A stretch of 64,000 nucleotides of DNA, from assembly GCF_009914755.1 (NCBI RefSeq), contig NC_060947.1, one strand, 5' to 3'. The position numbers and the translations under genes were made by a program. The DNA comes from the human T2T-CHM13v2.0 reference genome, Homo sapiens. The notes beneath the pieces were generated by a model. The model saw nothing but the letters and a program-made list of their open reading frames with translations. It had not been told where the DNA came from and searched no databases. Shown here one piece after another: positions 12,175-26,382 of the stretch. Each line of letters opens with the position of its first letter. The stretch's first letter is position 1.

Positions 12175-13332
12175 AAAACCATAAAAACCCTAGAAGAAAA
12201 CCTAGGCAATACCATTCAGGATATAGGCATGGGCAAAGACTTCATGACTAAAACACCAAAAGCAATGGCAGCAAAAGCCAAAATAGACAAATGGGATCTA
12301 ATTAAACTAAAGAGCTTCTGCACAACAAAAGAACCTATCATCGGAGTGAACAGGCAACCTACAGAATGGGAGAAAATTTTAGCAATCTACCCATCTGACA
12401 AAGGGCTAATATCCAGAATCTACAAAGAACTCAAACAAATTTACAAGAAAAAAAAGACCCCATCAAAATGGGCAAAGGATATGAACAGACACTTCTCAAA
12501 AGAAGACATTTATGCAGCCAACAGAAATATGAAAAAAGGCTCATCATCACTGGTCATCAGAGAAGTGCAAATTGAAACCACAATGAGATACCATCTCATG
12601 CCAGTTAGAATGGCAATCATTAAAAAGTCAGGAAACAACGAATGCTGGAGAGGATGTGGAGAAATAGAAACACTTTTACACTGTTGGTGGGAGTGCAAAT
12701 TAGTTCAACCATTGTGGAACACAGTATGGTGATTCCTCAGGGGTCTAGAACTAGAAATACCATTTGACTCAGTGATCCCATTACTGGGTGTATACCCAAA
12801 GGATCATAAATCATGCTACTATAAAGACACATGCACACGTATGTTTATTGCGGCACTATTCACAATAGCAAAGTCTTGGAACCAACCCAAATGTCCATCA
12901 ATGATAGACTGGATTAAGAAATTGTGGCACATATACACCATGGAATACTATGCAGTCATAAAAAAGGATGTGTTCATGTCCTTTGTAGGGACATGGATGA
13001 AGCTGGAAACCATCCTTCTCAGCAAACTATCACAAGGACAGAAAGCCAAACACTGCATGTTCTCACTCATAGGTGGGAGTTGAACAATGAGAACACTTGG
13101 ACACAGGGCGGGTAACCTCACACACCATGGCCTGTTGGGGGGTGGGGGGCAGTGGGAGAGAAATCATTAGGAGAAATACCTAATGTAAATGAAGAGTTGA
13201 TGGATGCAGCAAACCAGCATGGCACATGTATACCTATTTAACAAACCTGCATGTTCTGCACATGTACCCTGTAACTTAAAGTATAATAAAAAATAAAAAT
13301 AAAAAAAGGAAAACGGTACAAGAAGCAGGTGA
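12175..13332 (+). mobile_element. 5'-truncated L1PA (about L1PA5-7): ORF2 C-terminus and 3' UTR
   Basis: ORFs 12229-12732 and 12772-13083 match the ORF2p C-terminus (CWRGCGE...LLHCWWEC). PolyA at ~13285. 14-bp TSD aaaaatagttatta at 12161-12174 and 13333-13346. Confidence 0.95.
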
Positions 13333-16300
13333 AAAAATAGTTATTAGGTGTTTTTTGTCTATAAAAAACTCCAAAGTTTTTTGTTGATTTTCCTTCTGGA
13401 TGGTCTGTTCAATGCTGAATGTTGGGTGTTGAAGTCTTCTGCTTTTATTGTATCAGGGCCTTTCTCTCTCTTTAAGACTTGTAATATGTGATTTATACAT
13501 CTGGATGCCCCAATGTTGGGTGTAAATGTATTTAAAACTGTTATATCCTCTTGCTGAATTGACTGCTTTATCAATATACAATGACCTTATTTATCTCTTC
13601 TTATAGTTTTTGTCTTTATATCTATTTTGTCTGATATATCTACTCTTGCTCTTTTTTGGTTTTCATTTGTATGAAATATGCTTTTCCACCCTCGTATTTT
13701 CAGCCTGCATGTTTCTTCATATGTGAATTGTGTTTCTTGTAGGCAAGAAATCTTTCTTTTAAAATCTGTTCTGGCTCTCTATGTCTTTTGATTGGATAAT
13801 TTAATCCATTTACATTTATTGTTACTATAGATAAGCAAGGACTTACTCCTATTATTTTTGTATTTATTTTCTGGTTGTTTTGTGGTCTTCTCTTCCTTTT
13901 TTTCTCTTTTCCTGTCTTCCTTTTAATGAAAATGATTTTCTCTGGTGATATGTTTTAATTTCTTGCTTTGTATTTTTTTTTCTGTATCTAATATATGTAT
14001 GTTGATTTGAGGTTACCATGAGGCTTGCAAAAAATATTTTATAAGCCATTTCCTAAACTGATGAAAATTTTACACTGATTGTATAAACAAACAAATAGGC
14101 AAAGAGAAAATTTATTAAAACTTCCACTTAAAGTTACTTTCTCCTTTTTAATATTTTTTGTTCTATTTACATTTTATTGTACTATCCATGTCTTAAAATT
14201 TTTATGGTTTTTATTTTTTATTGGTTCATCTTTTAGATTTCTACTCAAGATATGAGTAGTTTACACACCATAGTTACAGTCATAGTATTCCATCTTTTCC
14301 TGTGTAGTTATTTGATCAGTGAGTTTTGGACCTTCAGGTGATTACTTCTTGCTAATTAACATCATTTTCTTTCAGACTGAAGAACTCTCTTTAGCATTTC
14401 TTGTAGTATGAATCTGGTGTTAGTGAAATCCCTCAGCTTTTGTTTTTCTGGGAAAGTCTTTATTGTTCCTTCCTGTTTGAAGGATATTTCAGCTGGATAT
14501 ATACTATTCTTGGATAAAAGTTTTTTCCTTCAGCATTTTAAATGTGATATGTCAGTATCTTTTGGTATGTAAGTTTTCCACTAAGAAGTCTGCAGCCAAA
14601 TGTTTTGGAATGTACTTGTATGTTATTTGTTTCTTTTCTTTCACTCCCTTTCAATATTTTTTGTAAATTTTTGAGTTTTGTGTTTTATTATTAAATGGCT
14701 TGAAGTAGTCTTATTTGGCTTAAATCTGCTTGGTGTCTAAAACCTTCTTGTAGTTAAACATTGATATGTTCTTTAAGTTTGGGAAATTCCTAGTTATTAT
14801 TCCTTTTATTAAACTTTATACCCCTCTCTCTCTCTTTTTCTATCTCTCTCTCTCTGCCTCCTCTTTAAGGCCACTACATCTTAGATGTGCCCTTTGACAA
14901 TATTTTCTAGATCTCGTAGTCAAGCTTCATTCTCTTTTATACTTTTTTCTTTTATCTCCTCTGTGTTTTTTTTTCAAATAGCCTATCTTCAAATTCACTA
15001 ATCTTTTCTTCTGCTTATTCAGTTCTGCTATTAAAAGACTCTGATGTACTCTTCAGTATGCCAATTGCATTTTTCACCTTCAGAATTTCTGCGTTATTCT
15101 TTTTTAATTATTTCAATCTCTTTGTTAAATTTACCTGATAGAATCCTGAATTCCTTCACTGTGCTATCTTGAATTTCTTTGTGTTTCCTCTAAACAGCTG
15201 TTTTTAATTCTCTGTCTAAAAATTTACATATCTCCATCTCTGCAGGGTTGGTTTCTGATGGATTATTTAGATCATTTAATGAGGTTGTGTTTTTTTGGAT
15301 GGTGTTGTTGCTAGTAGATGTTCTTCAGTGTCTGGGCATTGAAGCATTAAGTATTTGTTGCAGTCTTCGTGGCCTGGGTTTGTTTATACCCATCCTTCTT
15401 GAGAAGGCTTTTTAATTATTTGAAGGGATCTCAGTGTTGTGATTTATGTTTTTGGTCACTGTGGCCATATCTGCATTATGGGGCATCATGAACCCAGAAA
15501 CACCATGATTCTTGCAGACTTGTAGAAGTACCACCTTGGTTTTCTTAGATGAGATCTGGAAGAATTATCTGGATTACCAGGCAGATAACCTTGTTCTCTT
15601 TCCTTACTTTCTCCCCACAAAAGTGAGTCTTTCTCTCCCTCTATGATGAGCTTCCTGCAGCTGTGCTGAGTTGCATGGAGCACCCCTGTGTCCACCCCCA
15701 CTGGGACTGTGCTGGGTCACACCTGAAGCTAGCACAGCACTGGGTCTTGCCCATGGTCCATGGTAGCCAATACCTTGCTGTCATCTATGTTTATTCATGG
15801 CCCTAGGGCTATGCAATCAGCAGGTAGTGAAGCTAGCCATGCTTGTATCCTTCTCTTCAGGGTGGTAAGTTAACCATAGTACCAGGTGAGTCAAGAAGTG
15901 CTGTGTTAGAGACAGGGCCTGGTGTTGGCAGCATTAATCATCTACTTAGTGCTTTATTCTACTGTGGCTGAGCTAGCATCCAAACCACAAGCCAAAGTCC
16001 TTCCCCTTTTTTCTTCCACTTTTCACAAGCAGAGGAATCTCTTCCAGTGGCTAACTCCACCACAGGCACAAGGCAATTACTACCTGACTACTGCTAATAT
16101 TCTTTCATGAAGCAAGTACTCTTCAATCTACTTGTGGTAAATGTTCCCAGGCTGTGGACTTTCCCTTGAGGGCAGTGACCTTTCCTCTTGCCCAGGGCAT
16201 GTCCAGAAATGCCATCCAAGAGCCAAGGCCTGGATTCAGTTACCCTAAGTTCTTGCTTGGTGCTTCCCCACTGTGGCCGAACTAGTACCTAGGCTTAGAG

Positions 16301-19300
16301 ACGAAGCCCCTTTTACTCTTCCTTCTCCTTTTCTCAAGCAGGAGTCTCCCTGTAGGCACTACAGCTGGAAATGTGCAGGGTGACAACTGAAGCCAGCATA
16401 TCTCTGAGTCTCACCCAGTTCCCATGGCAAGAACTGCTTGGCTACATTGCTACTACTTAGGGTCCAGTGACTCTTTAGTGAGCCATTGTTGAATCCTGCT
16501 AGGACTGGTTCTGTTCTTCAGGTTAGTGGGTTCCTCTCTGGCCCACGCCATTTCTAGAAATGCTTTCTTGGTGTTAAGGCCTGGAATGGGGCCCTCAGGA
16601 CTCTGCCAGGTGCCTTATTCTACTGTGGCTATGCTGGCATTCAAGTTGCAAGACAAAGTCCTCTTTATTCTTCCCTCTCCTGTCCTCAAACAGAAGGAAG
16701 GAATCTTTCCTGGAGCTGTGAGCTGCACTGGTGTTGAGGGAAAGGTGACAAAATCACTCTTCTGGTCACCCTGACTAGTGTCTCACTGGGTTGCATGCCC
16801 CACAAGTCCACTGGCTCTGAGACCAACACCACCCCTGTAGTTGCCCAGGAATTGCAATTCTTGTGGCCTAAACTACTTTTCAAGTTTGTTCAGGACCCCA
16901 TAGCACTTTCGCCTGAGGTGGCAAGGCTTGCCAGAACTCAGGTTCCAACCACTGGGCTGGGTGATTCTTTTTTGATTAGGGTTGGTCTAAATTTTCCCTC
17001 CATGGCTGCACACTGAGTTCTGCCTGATTCTTTTTTCCACTGTGACAAGGCAAAACTGAGTTCCAATGCAATATCTCACAATCACTGATCTCTTCCTCCC
17101 TGAAGTGTACATATTCTCTCTCCATGCCACATGGCCACTGCTAGGGGATGTTGGATGGGTGACATCAGCAATTCAAGACTGTATTTTCTACCCTCTTCAG
17201 TGCCTCTTTCACCAATACGTGGCTGAAACCAGGTACTGTGATCACTTACCTAACATTTGCTTTTAAGAAGGTGCTTTTTTGTGTGGATGGTAGTTCAATT
17301 TGGTGTTCTTGTGAGGAGGATGTTCAGAGGAGGCTTCTATTTAACCATCTTGCTCAGCCTCCTCCAATTTTAACAAATTTTTATTTTTACCAAAGTATTA
17401 CATGCTTGTAGTTTTAAAACATAATTTATACAGAAATGTTTATGATAAAAACCTGGAACAAATCCTCATATGTCTCAGTTATGCCTTCTACTGTATCTTA
17501 TGGGATTAACTTTTACATTTATAAATGATATACTTTTCAAATATTTTAATTTCTCCATTATAGATATTACATGTTTTTTCATTTAAGATCATGAAGGCTT
17601 AGTACTGTTAAATTATTTCACCCTCTTTCTACCCTTTCTGTTCTACCCATTCTCCCAGTACATCACCTCTTTCTGTCATGTCATCATTCAATGTTTATAT
17701 TTTATGCATATTTTAAAATAATTCACTCACTGCTGATCCAGACATTGTGCTATGATTTTAACTTTGTTGGAGCAACCTAAAAATATCACTGGATTTAAAT
17801 ATTGTCTTTTTTATTGCTAAATCATCTGCATACCTATCAGTTCTACTAAAATGCTTCAACAAAAATTTAAAGTTCCTGCCATGCCTAAAAAATAATCAAT
17901 TTCATTACTTAATTTACCAATTTCATCTTTTTTTTTCTGAATACCTACCTTCCGAAGTCCTCTGTGTCTCTGTTCCAGTCTGAACTGTTTGCTATCTAAG
18001 ACTCCTGCTTAGCTCTTGTACAGGAACCTCTATTTACCCTTGACTTGAAAATCATCTTTACTGCCCTAAAGGAACTACGCAGTTTGTGACAGCCAAATCT
18101 TTTGAAAATTGCTTTTCCGTTTTGATAGTTTCCCAAAGTTGCCTTTTACATTTAGAATTCAAACAAATTTTAGTTTCCCGTTTTTACCAGAGTATAGTCA
18201 TGTGACTAGTTTCCACTGAGAAGGCACAGCTGAGTGATATTTGGAATGTGGAAGTAAACAGCTGAGGTTGTGTGGCTCTACTTACAGGCAGGGGCACCAC
18301 AACCATCAACATTTTGCTAGATTTGGCAGCATGGGCCAACCTAGCAGTGACAAATAGTGGGAAAATGTCATTTCAATCTATTTCCATTATTTCCCATGGT
18401 AAATATTTCATGCTTTTTGAGACTCTTTATTTCTATTAAATTATGCTCCTACAGCATCTTGTCACACTCACATTTATGTATTTGTTACCATTCAAATTAA
18501 ACATCACTTCTGTCCCTCTTCGTCCTGTTTTAAAATGTTCTTTATTGAGCAGTATCTGTAGTCTCCCGATGTAGAAATCTTTCAGAAGGGCTATACTTTG
18601 TTGACTGGAAAAGTAAAAGTTACACATCCTCGAAACGGTCATTTTATGTCATGGCTTTTGCATTCTACTTAATATATAACTTGCTTCAGAAATATTACTT
18701 CCATTTAGGAGAGTTACCCTTCATCTGTTTCTACATTGCTCTCTTCATGGTTTGCATTTCCTTTATCCCAAAATACTCAACTTTTTTTCTGGTTATTCCC
18801 AAGGAATTTTTGTCCAAGTAACAAATTTAGAAACACTTGTGTTGAACTGCTCTGGACATGTATGGTTATTGTTTACTTATTCTGTAAATTATTCAAGGAG
18901 TAAGAAGGAAGAAAAATAATAATCTGTAACAAACCATCCTAAATAAAATAATTCATAGAGAAATAGGTCAAAGATAGTTTGTTTCAGAAAGGTACTCAAT
19001 TCTACCTACGCTATTCCTCAAACATACAATATATCTCGATTTGAAAGACCTTAGTTAAAGCTAAAACTCTGTCTCACTAAAGACAAGCATATTATTATCT
19101 TTAGAGAAATCTTTTGCAGTTATAATTATGAGGGTCTCTGACCCTTCACATAAGAGTATACTTTGTATATAAAGTGACAGCCTAGTTTGGCTAGAGTAAG
19201 TCTCTGTGTAAGCTAATTATATGTGATAATTTTGCCTGAAAGGAGACTGGCTTGAAAGTGAATCCAATTTAACGGTGAGGAGATTGTTATAAGAAACATT

Positions 19301-20186
19301 TCATTGTGGGCTTGGAAGCCACTTAAAGTGCTAATTTTTCACTTGAATAACTGTATTGCTATAGTGAAGGTTTTTCAAATTACTTAATATTTGTGAGATA
19401 TTATTTGAACTAACGAAAAATAAAGGCAAATAGTGAAGATTTTTTATTTTATAGGAACAATTTAGGATTCTATTATTCATTCGCATTAAAATCAGCCCCT
19501 ATTTCCCTCTTCCCACTTGTCCTTAAGATATGGTGGACCACCTTGCTCCATTGAAAAACAAAGTTAATTCCTGAATTATACATTTAAATAAGAAGTGGCA
19601 AATTTTGTCCAGTTTATCAGTCTTTCTGACTTCTGTTTTTAAAGAGTATAATCTCCTCTCTCAGGCATTTTTATAATTATATATCAGAAAATAATTACAT
19701 GCAGCTAGCAGCCTTTGTGTGGTTAGTTGAAATATGGCAGCTACAAGAAGAAAAGGAAGAAAAAATGGTTTACGAGGAACCTAAAATATGGCTTTAAGCA
19801 CTGTTATCTGGCTGTGGATAGCTAGGCAAAGGAGCCCTTTGGAGCACAGTAATCAAGACCAGGGCCTTTTTCCAGCAAACACTTCCAAGTCAAATCCAGT
19901 ACAAAAGCCTGCAAATGAAACCTACAGGCTCACATTATACTTTACATAATGTTGGGGTTTGTACAGTTTACAAAGTTTGTGAATCACTGGTCAGCTTCAA
20001 ACCTGAGCAGAATATTTCATCTTGTGTGAAAATCATCAAGTACACAGCCTGCTCTAAAATTCTTTTTACTTTCAACTTACCTCACTTCTCAAAATCACCA
20101 TCATAAATTAGGCCATTATGTTAAATTTTAAAGCTTCCAGAATGTCCATGTAAAATTGCAAATATGTTTTGGGAAATTATAGTGAG

Positions 20187-20615
20187 TGCCGTAGCAAATT
20201 GCCCAGGTCTCCCCTTCAGGAAGAGGCAGTTTGGACTCTGGCTGTATGGAGTGTTTGTGACTAATGAATCTCGCCTGAATTCCATTCTGCAAATTGCCCT
20301 CTAACAAAAGATAGCTGTCTTACTGAAATTCATATCACCTTCCTGGGGTCACCCAATATGCAATGACTGGTCAATAATGAAGCATAAAGGCGCAGACCTC
20401 TTGCCTTAAGGCAGGAGAACTCTGAAGAGCCATTGCATTCCATAGATCCCCATAGGATTAGCTGAGACCTCAGTTGCAACTTCCCAGCAGTCCTATTTCT
20501 CCCTCTGCCCAATCCTGCTTCCCTCCCTCCCCATGAGTATTGTTATCCAGTAAACCTCCTGCATGCAGCTCTGAGAGTCTCAGAATCTGGTTTTTGAGGA
20601 ACACAACATACTACA
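20187..20615 (+). mobile_element. LTR16-type ERVL LTR
   Basis: TG...CA ends with motifs 'ggagaactctgaagagccattgcattcc', 'ctccctctgcccaatcctgcttcc' and 'agtaaacctcctgcatgc...tctcagaatctgg'. Confidence 0.75.
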
Positions 20616-22305
20616 GTTGGCAGTAGGAAGCTTCCTGGGAACAAATTCTAAAATGTGATGGATAACTGTTAGCAGATGAATAACTGACAGCCCCCCGGCT
20701 TGTGACTTTTGTATAATACTTAGCATTTTCATTAATAATGAACTTGGATAAAAGACTGAAGGAAGTGAATGCCCTGAAAGGTATATGTCAGGCAATTGAA
20801 TGTTTTGTTTTTGGGGGGGCGGGATATAATGAGAGAGACTAATTCTAAGAACTTTTGAACCTGACGGCTGTGTTAGGGATAATTTATGCACTGGAAAAAG
20901 ACAATGAAAGGCTGAGAGTGATTAATAAGCAATATAATTTGAATATGAAAGCCAGAAGGTTTCTTTGGCAGCATATAAAGATACTATCATCTCCTGAAGT
21001 TGGAGGATAGAAAATGGTGATAATCAGACCCTGTACTTAATTATAGGAGTATCAGCACTCCAGAGAAGGTTGAATTCTCATCCATGGCAAATCTGAAATG
21101 CCAAAGTCAGGGCCCTGATTGGAAAAGGCTGTGATTTCAGGACTTGGGATGGAGACATCTGCATTCATGCACTTGAAAATTCAATCTCTATGTTACCTTT
21201 AACCCTCTAGATCTACAAAAATAGCCCAGTCTTCCACTTAGAAGGCTATTTTGCCACCTTGCTTAAAGGCAACATAGAGAACTCTCCTTTCAAAAGCAAT
21301 ATCTGCCCCCTGTGGATCTACATTCATACTTCATGGCTAACAAATCAATAATTACACTCATGTTACAATATAAACCAGTCAAAGAAGTGCCGAGTCTTCT
21401 AAAGAAGAAAAGGAGCTATACACCAAAATTGCTGCAAGATCTAGCCAACATGTACCAGAAGGAACTCAGAATGTATATACATATATCATATCTGAGTCTG
21501 GATCCCATCGATGCTGTTTCAAACAACACAGAATATAAATTTAGATGAGGAAAATTAGTATAAGAACACTCACCTGGAATACAGAATTTAATACCTTAGA
21601 AAAGACTATTGGAGATAGTGTTAATACACTGCTAAGTTGTCTCTTGTAGGCTTGGAAAAAAGTAGTGGTTCTCACAAAGTGAAGTAGGAATGCCAGGACC
21701 TAACCTGGGATGGATGAAAAGAATCAAAGGCTCAGAGATGTGCAATCAAAAAGAAAATTGCCCAATGTACACAACAAAAAATAATCAACCATGGATGATT
21801 GTGAGCCTCAGGGAAGCAGTCTCAATAAAGTCGTGACCCCATGCCTAGTTTTGGAAAGAGCCAGTTCTTGGGCCCAAACCCATTGACTAAAGAGGATGCC
21901 AGGTATTCATGAGGAACAACTCTGAGACAGCATAGCAAGTGCTTGTTGTATTGATTCTCTAGTCCTTATACAAAGGGTCCTATGACCGTTGGCTTGTGTA
22001 GTTGTATATTGGGATAAGTGAAATATCAAACAATTCTAGGACCATTGGATTCAGGATATGAGTTGACATTTGTACTCGAGGATACAAGTATCATCATAGA
22101 TTGCTGTTTAGAGTGAGGGATAGATAGAGGCCAGGTAATGATGAATTTCTATTTCATGTCTGGATCATAGTAAGTCTACTGGGTCCACATACTCACTTGG
22201 TGGTCATTTTTTGATCTTTAAATTTATTATTACAATGGACAAACATTGGAATTGTCAGAACCCTGACATTTGTTCCTTGGCTTGTGAAGTAAGGGCTAAC
22301 ATAGT
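20616..22305 (+). mobile_element. Degraded ERVL-type internal region (ERV3-16A3-like gag/pro remnant)
   Basis: Directly follows LTR16 with 'gttggc'. Aspartic protease-like LDSGYELT at 22045-22068. Gag-like 'aagaatcaaaggctcagaga'. No 3' LTR seen. Confidence 0.7.
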
Positions 22306-23619
22306 TCTGATACAATATACTTTTACTGTTCTTAAGTTCCAGAAACATTTTGAGAACTTAATTACATAGAAAATGGACAATGAAAATGGAAATGGTAAGC
22401 ATCATGGGCTAATGTTTTGTGTTAGAACAAGTGATTATCCTCTATATCCTTAATTCTAAGTTTAAAGATATGCCAAACCTATCCATGTCTTTTTAAACAA
22501 ATTCATAACACACTAGGTATTACTTATCCAAGAACATATTTGTTAATTCTTTCTTTCACTGAACTAACTATTTACTGAGAACTCTTAGGTAGTGTGTTAG
22601 ATGTTAGAAAAAATGGAGAATAAAAACATATCTAAACCCTTCTTTGGTTTGATTAGTTTGATTATAATTCCAGATAATATTGCATTTCTGGGTAAATTTA
22701 TTTAAGTAACTCCTTCAAGCTTTAAAAGGGAACTTAAACATTTGGTACTCAGACTTTACAGGATCAAAAGAAGCTCACTGTATCCAAATATAATTTTAAA
22801 AAATTCCTTTCTGTAAATTATAAGAAAAAAAATTTGTTGTCATATTGTTGCAATAAAAGTCACATTAACTGTGTGTAAATATGTTGCTTTGCCTCTGCCT
22901 CTTCTGGAAATAGTGATCTGATAAGATGAAATTGATGAGTGGTCAGAAGGGGGCAAAAAAATCTACTTTTGGATTTACGAGGAAAATCATTTCACAAAAT
23001 GATTAATTACAAACTAAAAACATTTGCAGAATAAAAACACAGCTGCTTCATTAGAATCAGCAACAATGTGTGCATTTATTTCCATGCAATCCTTCTCCTG
23101 TCCTATTCACAGTTAGTGGAATATCTCATTTGACTTTTATTATACAATTTACATGACCTTCTTTTACTAAGATCTTCTCATATGACAGAGTGAAACAATT
23201 TACAATTAGTAAGCATTAGAGTTATATAATTTGGTCATTTAACATGAAAAATATTTAAGTAGTTAGTATTTATATTATAAAATTGTTAATAACATTTAGT
23301 ATATAGATTTATTTATATGTAATATATACCATATATTAAACTGTGCATTGGTAAATGAAGTCATCACTATTAGATGACTCCATTCTCATTTGCAGTCATA
23401 AAACTGAGTCATTTCAAGTAATTTTTCATCTAATTGAATGAAGGCTTCCCTATGTGTATTTAGCATTTAATGTCTAAGTGTGGTTCCCTTGTCTTAGAAA
23501 CTGAAACATAGAGAGACATATCTTTCTTTGTTCTCAAAGAAAGCACAACCCATGCTAATTTAATTAAAGTAACAATATTTTTCTTATTAAATACTCACAT
23601 ACGACTGACAAAGACACAT

Positions 23620-23852
23620 TTGTTTATGCACTTCCAAGCAGATCTAGCCACTTCTTCCTCAATGCCACCATGACAGATTCTCTGTTGGCATATTCTTCAT
23701 GCACTTTCATAATTTCTGCTTGTTGCTGTTTCTCCCATGGGACTGTAAGCTTTTTTTGCAAGGGTAGAGTTCTCATAGTAGTCATCTTTGGTTCATTAGT
23801 ATCTAGAATAAGAATTTCTCATTTTTAATTTAGTATTCCTTTACTGAATAAA
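23620..23852 (+). mobile_element. L2 3'-end fragment
   Basis: 'ggactgtaagct...gcaagggtagag...tcatctttg...tatctagaa...ttactgaataaa'. Confidence 0.5.
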
Positions 23853-24090
23853 ATTTCATTCTAGATTTTAAACTGCCTTTCTATAAGCCACGTGATCGTT
23901 GCTTCAAAATTCTTACTAGCTTTTCAGTATAACCTATGCTTTGGGTAGAAAAGAACATTCTTAAAAAGAAATTTTACTACAGTTATAACAAATGAAAAGT
24001 ACTCTGTAGGGAAAATAATTGATTTTGAACAAACATCAATTGAGAGCCCATTATGTTATTACATACCAACTTCTGTGCTAACTTTTCTGA

Positions 24091-24669
<579 letters not shown>

Positions 24670-25176
24670 TGAGGTTAAGGATTACATTATATACCGATAG
24701 TCCCCTACCTGTGCTAGTAGAGCCTAGTGTACAGAGCAAGTAAGTTGTGGGGCCTTTGATGTAGTAGCAATGTAGTGGACTTAGAAAGAGAAGATTAGAG
24801 TGCAAGTCCAACTCTACTTTCTTCAACTGGTTATATATTACTTTGATCATATTATGAGCATAATTTCTTAAAATGATGAAAAAAACAGGTTTCTTTCCAG
24901 GTCTTTATGGGCGCTAAATAAATATTTGGAAGTAGATAGTGGTTACTTATAAATACCCTTCTTTTAATAAGTATTAATTAAACACAATTAAGCTATGAAC
25001 TTAGAAAAAAAACACAAAACAGCTAAAGTTACTTAAAATATGGTTGGCCATGGTTTTGACTGTCAAGAGTCAAAAAGTTTTGTCTTAGGATCATCTTCTC
25101 TAAACATTATACTATTTATTTTTCTCCTTTAGTCATCCAGTGTTTGTCTTCTCCTCATTGCTAGGTGAATACTTAC

Positions 25177-26382
25177 TGTAGTTAGAAGAATTCTGAGATG
25201 ACCCTTAACATTCCTGCCCTCTGGTAGACATGCCATGTATAATCCCCTTTCTTTGAGTTATAAAGGACTGGAAATATGATGGATTTTACTCGTGATTAAA
25301 TCATGTTATATAATAAATGTGAAAGGATTTTGCTGATATAATTAATTCACCTAGTTAGTTGACTTTTTCATTAATCAAAAGGAAGAAAGGAAGATTTTCC
25401 TGATTGGCCCTGCCTCAATGAGATGAGGCTATAAAAGGGACTGTGCCCTTCTTGAAAGTAGATTTGAAGCATATGAGACTTTTTTTTTTTTTTTTGCTGG
25501 CCTTGAGGAAATAAACCTCTGTTGTAGTCTGCTCCTTAGCTCAGCTAGGCCTGAGTTCTTGCCTTACAATCAGGAAGAATTAGGCACACGGACACAGGAG
25601 AGTGAGTGGAGAATAATTTATTAAGTGAAAGGAAAATTCTCAGCAAAGAGAGGATGTGGGGTTGGTCACCCTACCCAAAGTCAAGAAAGTTCTCCTATGA
25701 GGCTGAGTTTGGAGACTTTTATGGACTCAGAATGAGGAGTGTGTGCTGATGGGTTTGTGAATATGCAAAAAAGTTTAAAGCGAAGAAAACACTCAAAGGT
25801 GGGCACGGCAGAGTAGAAAATCAAGTAGGAAAGGGTAGGTATATGTAAAGTAGATGAAGGGTGGGGACCAATCAGAGGAAAGCATGCCAAACAAGAAGAT
25901 AAGTTCTCAATCTGGTCAAAGGATTTAACTTGTAACTTGGCTTTCAGGCTTTAAACTGTCTTCAGCTTGGAGGTGGGGTTTCACCAGGGACTTGCCCCTA
26001 TCTGCCTAGGCATGTAGCTGCCTCCTGCCACTCTCACTGATGTGTTGTGAAGACATCCATGTGGCAGAGAATGGCTGTGACTTTAAAGGATATAACAATG
26101 ACCCCACTCCAGCTGACAACCAGAAAGAAAATTAGAATTTTAGTCTTAAAATCCCAAGGAACTAAATTCGTATAAAAGCCATGTGAGTTTGGAAGAGTAC
26201 CTCAAGCTTCAGATGGGATTGCAGCCCTTTGCCAACATCTTGATTTAAGCCTGATGAGTCTATATGCAGAGCTAACCCAACTAATTCAGAATTCTGACTT
26301 ATGGGAACTGTAAGATAATACATTTATATTGTTTTAAGCCAGGAAATTTGTGGTAATGTGTTATGCAACAGAAATGAATACA
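25177..26382 (+). mobile_element. MLT1E-like MaLR LTR interrupted by an ERV1 LTR
   Basis: Starts 'tgtagttagaagaattctgagatgaccc' and ends 'ttgtggtaatgtgttatgcaacagaaatgaataca'. Near-TSD cttac/tttac. Confidence 0.85.
25520..26036 (-). mobile_element. ERV1-class solo LTR (MER52/LTR1-group-like; subfamily uncertain)
   Basis: Reverse complement starts 'tgagagtggcaggaggcag...cctaggcagatagggg...ggtgaaaccccacc' and ends 'actacaaca'. Minus-strand AATAAA at ~25618. Confidence 0.75.
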
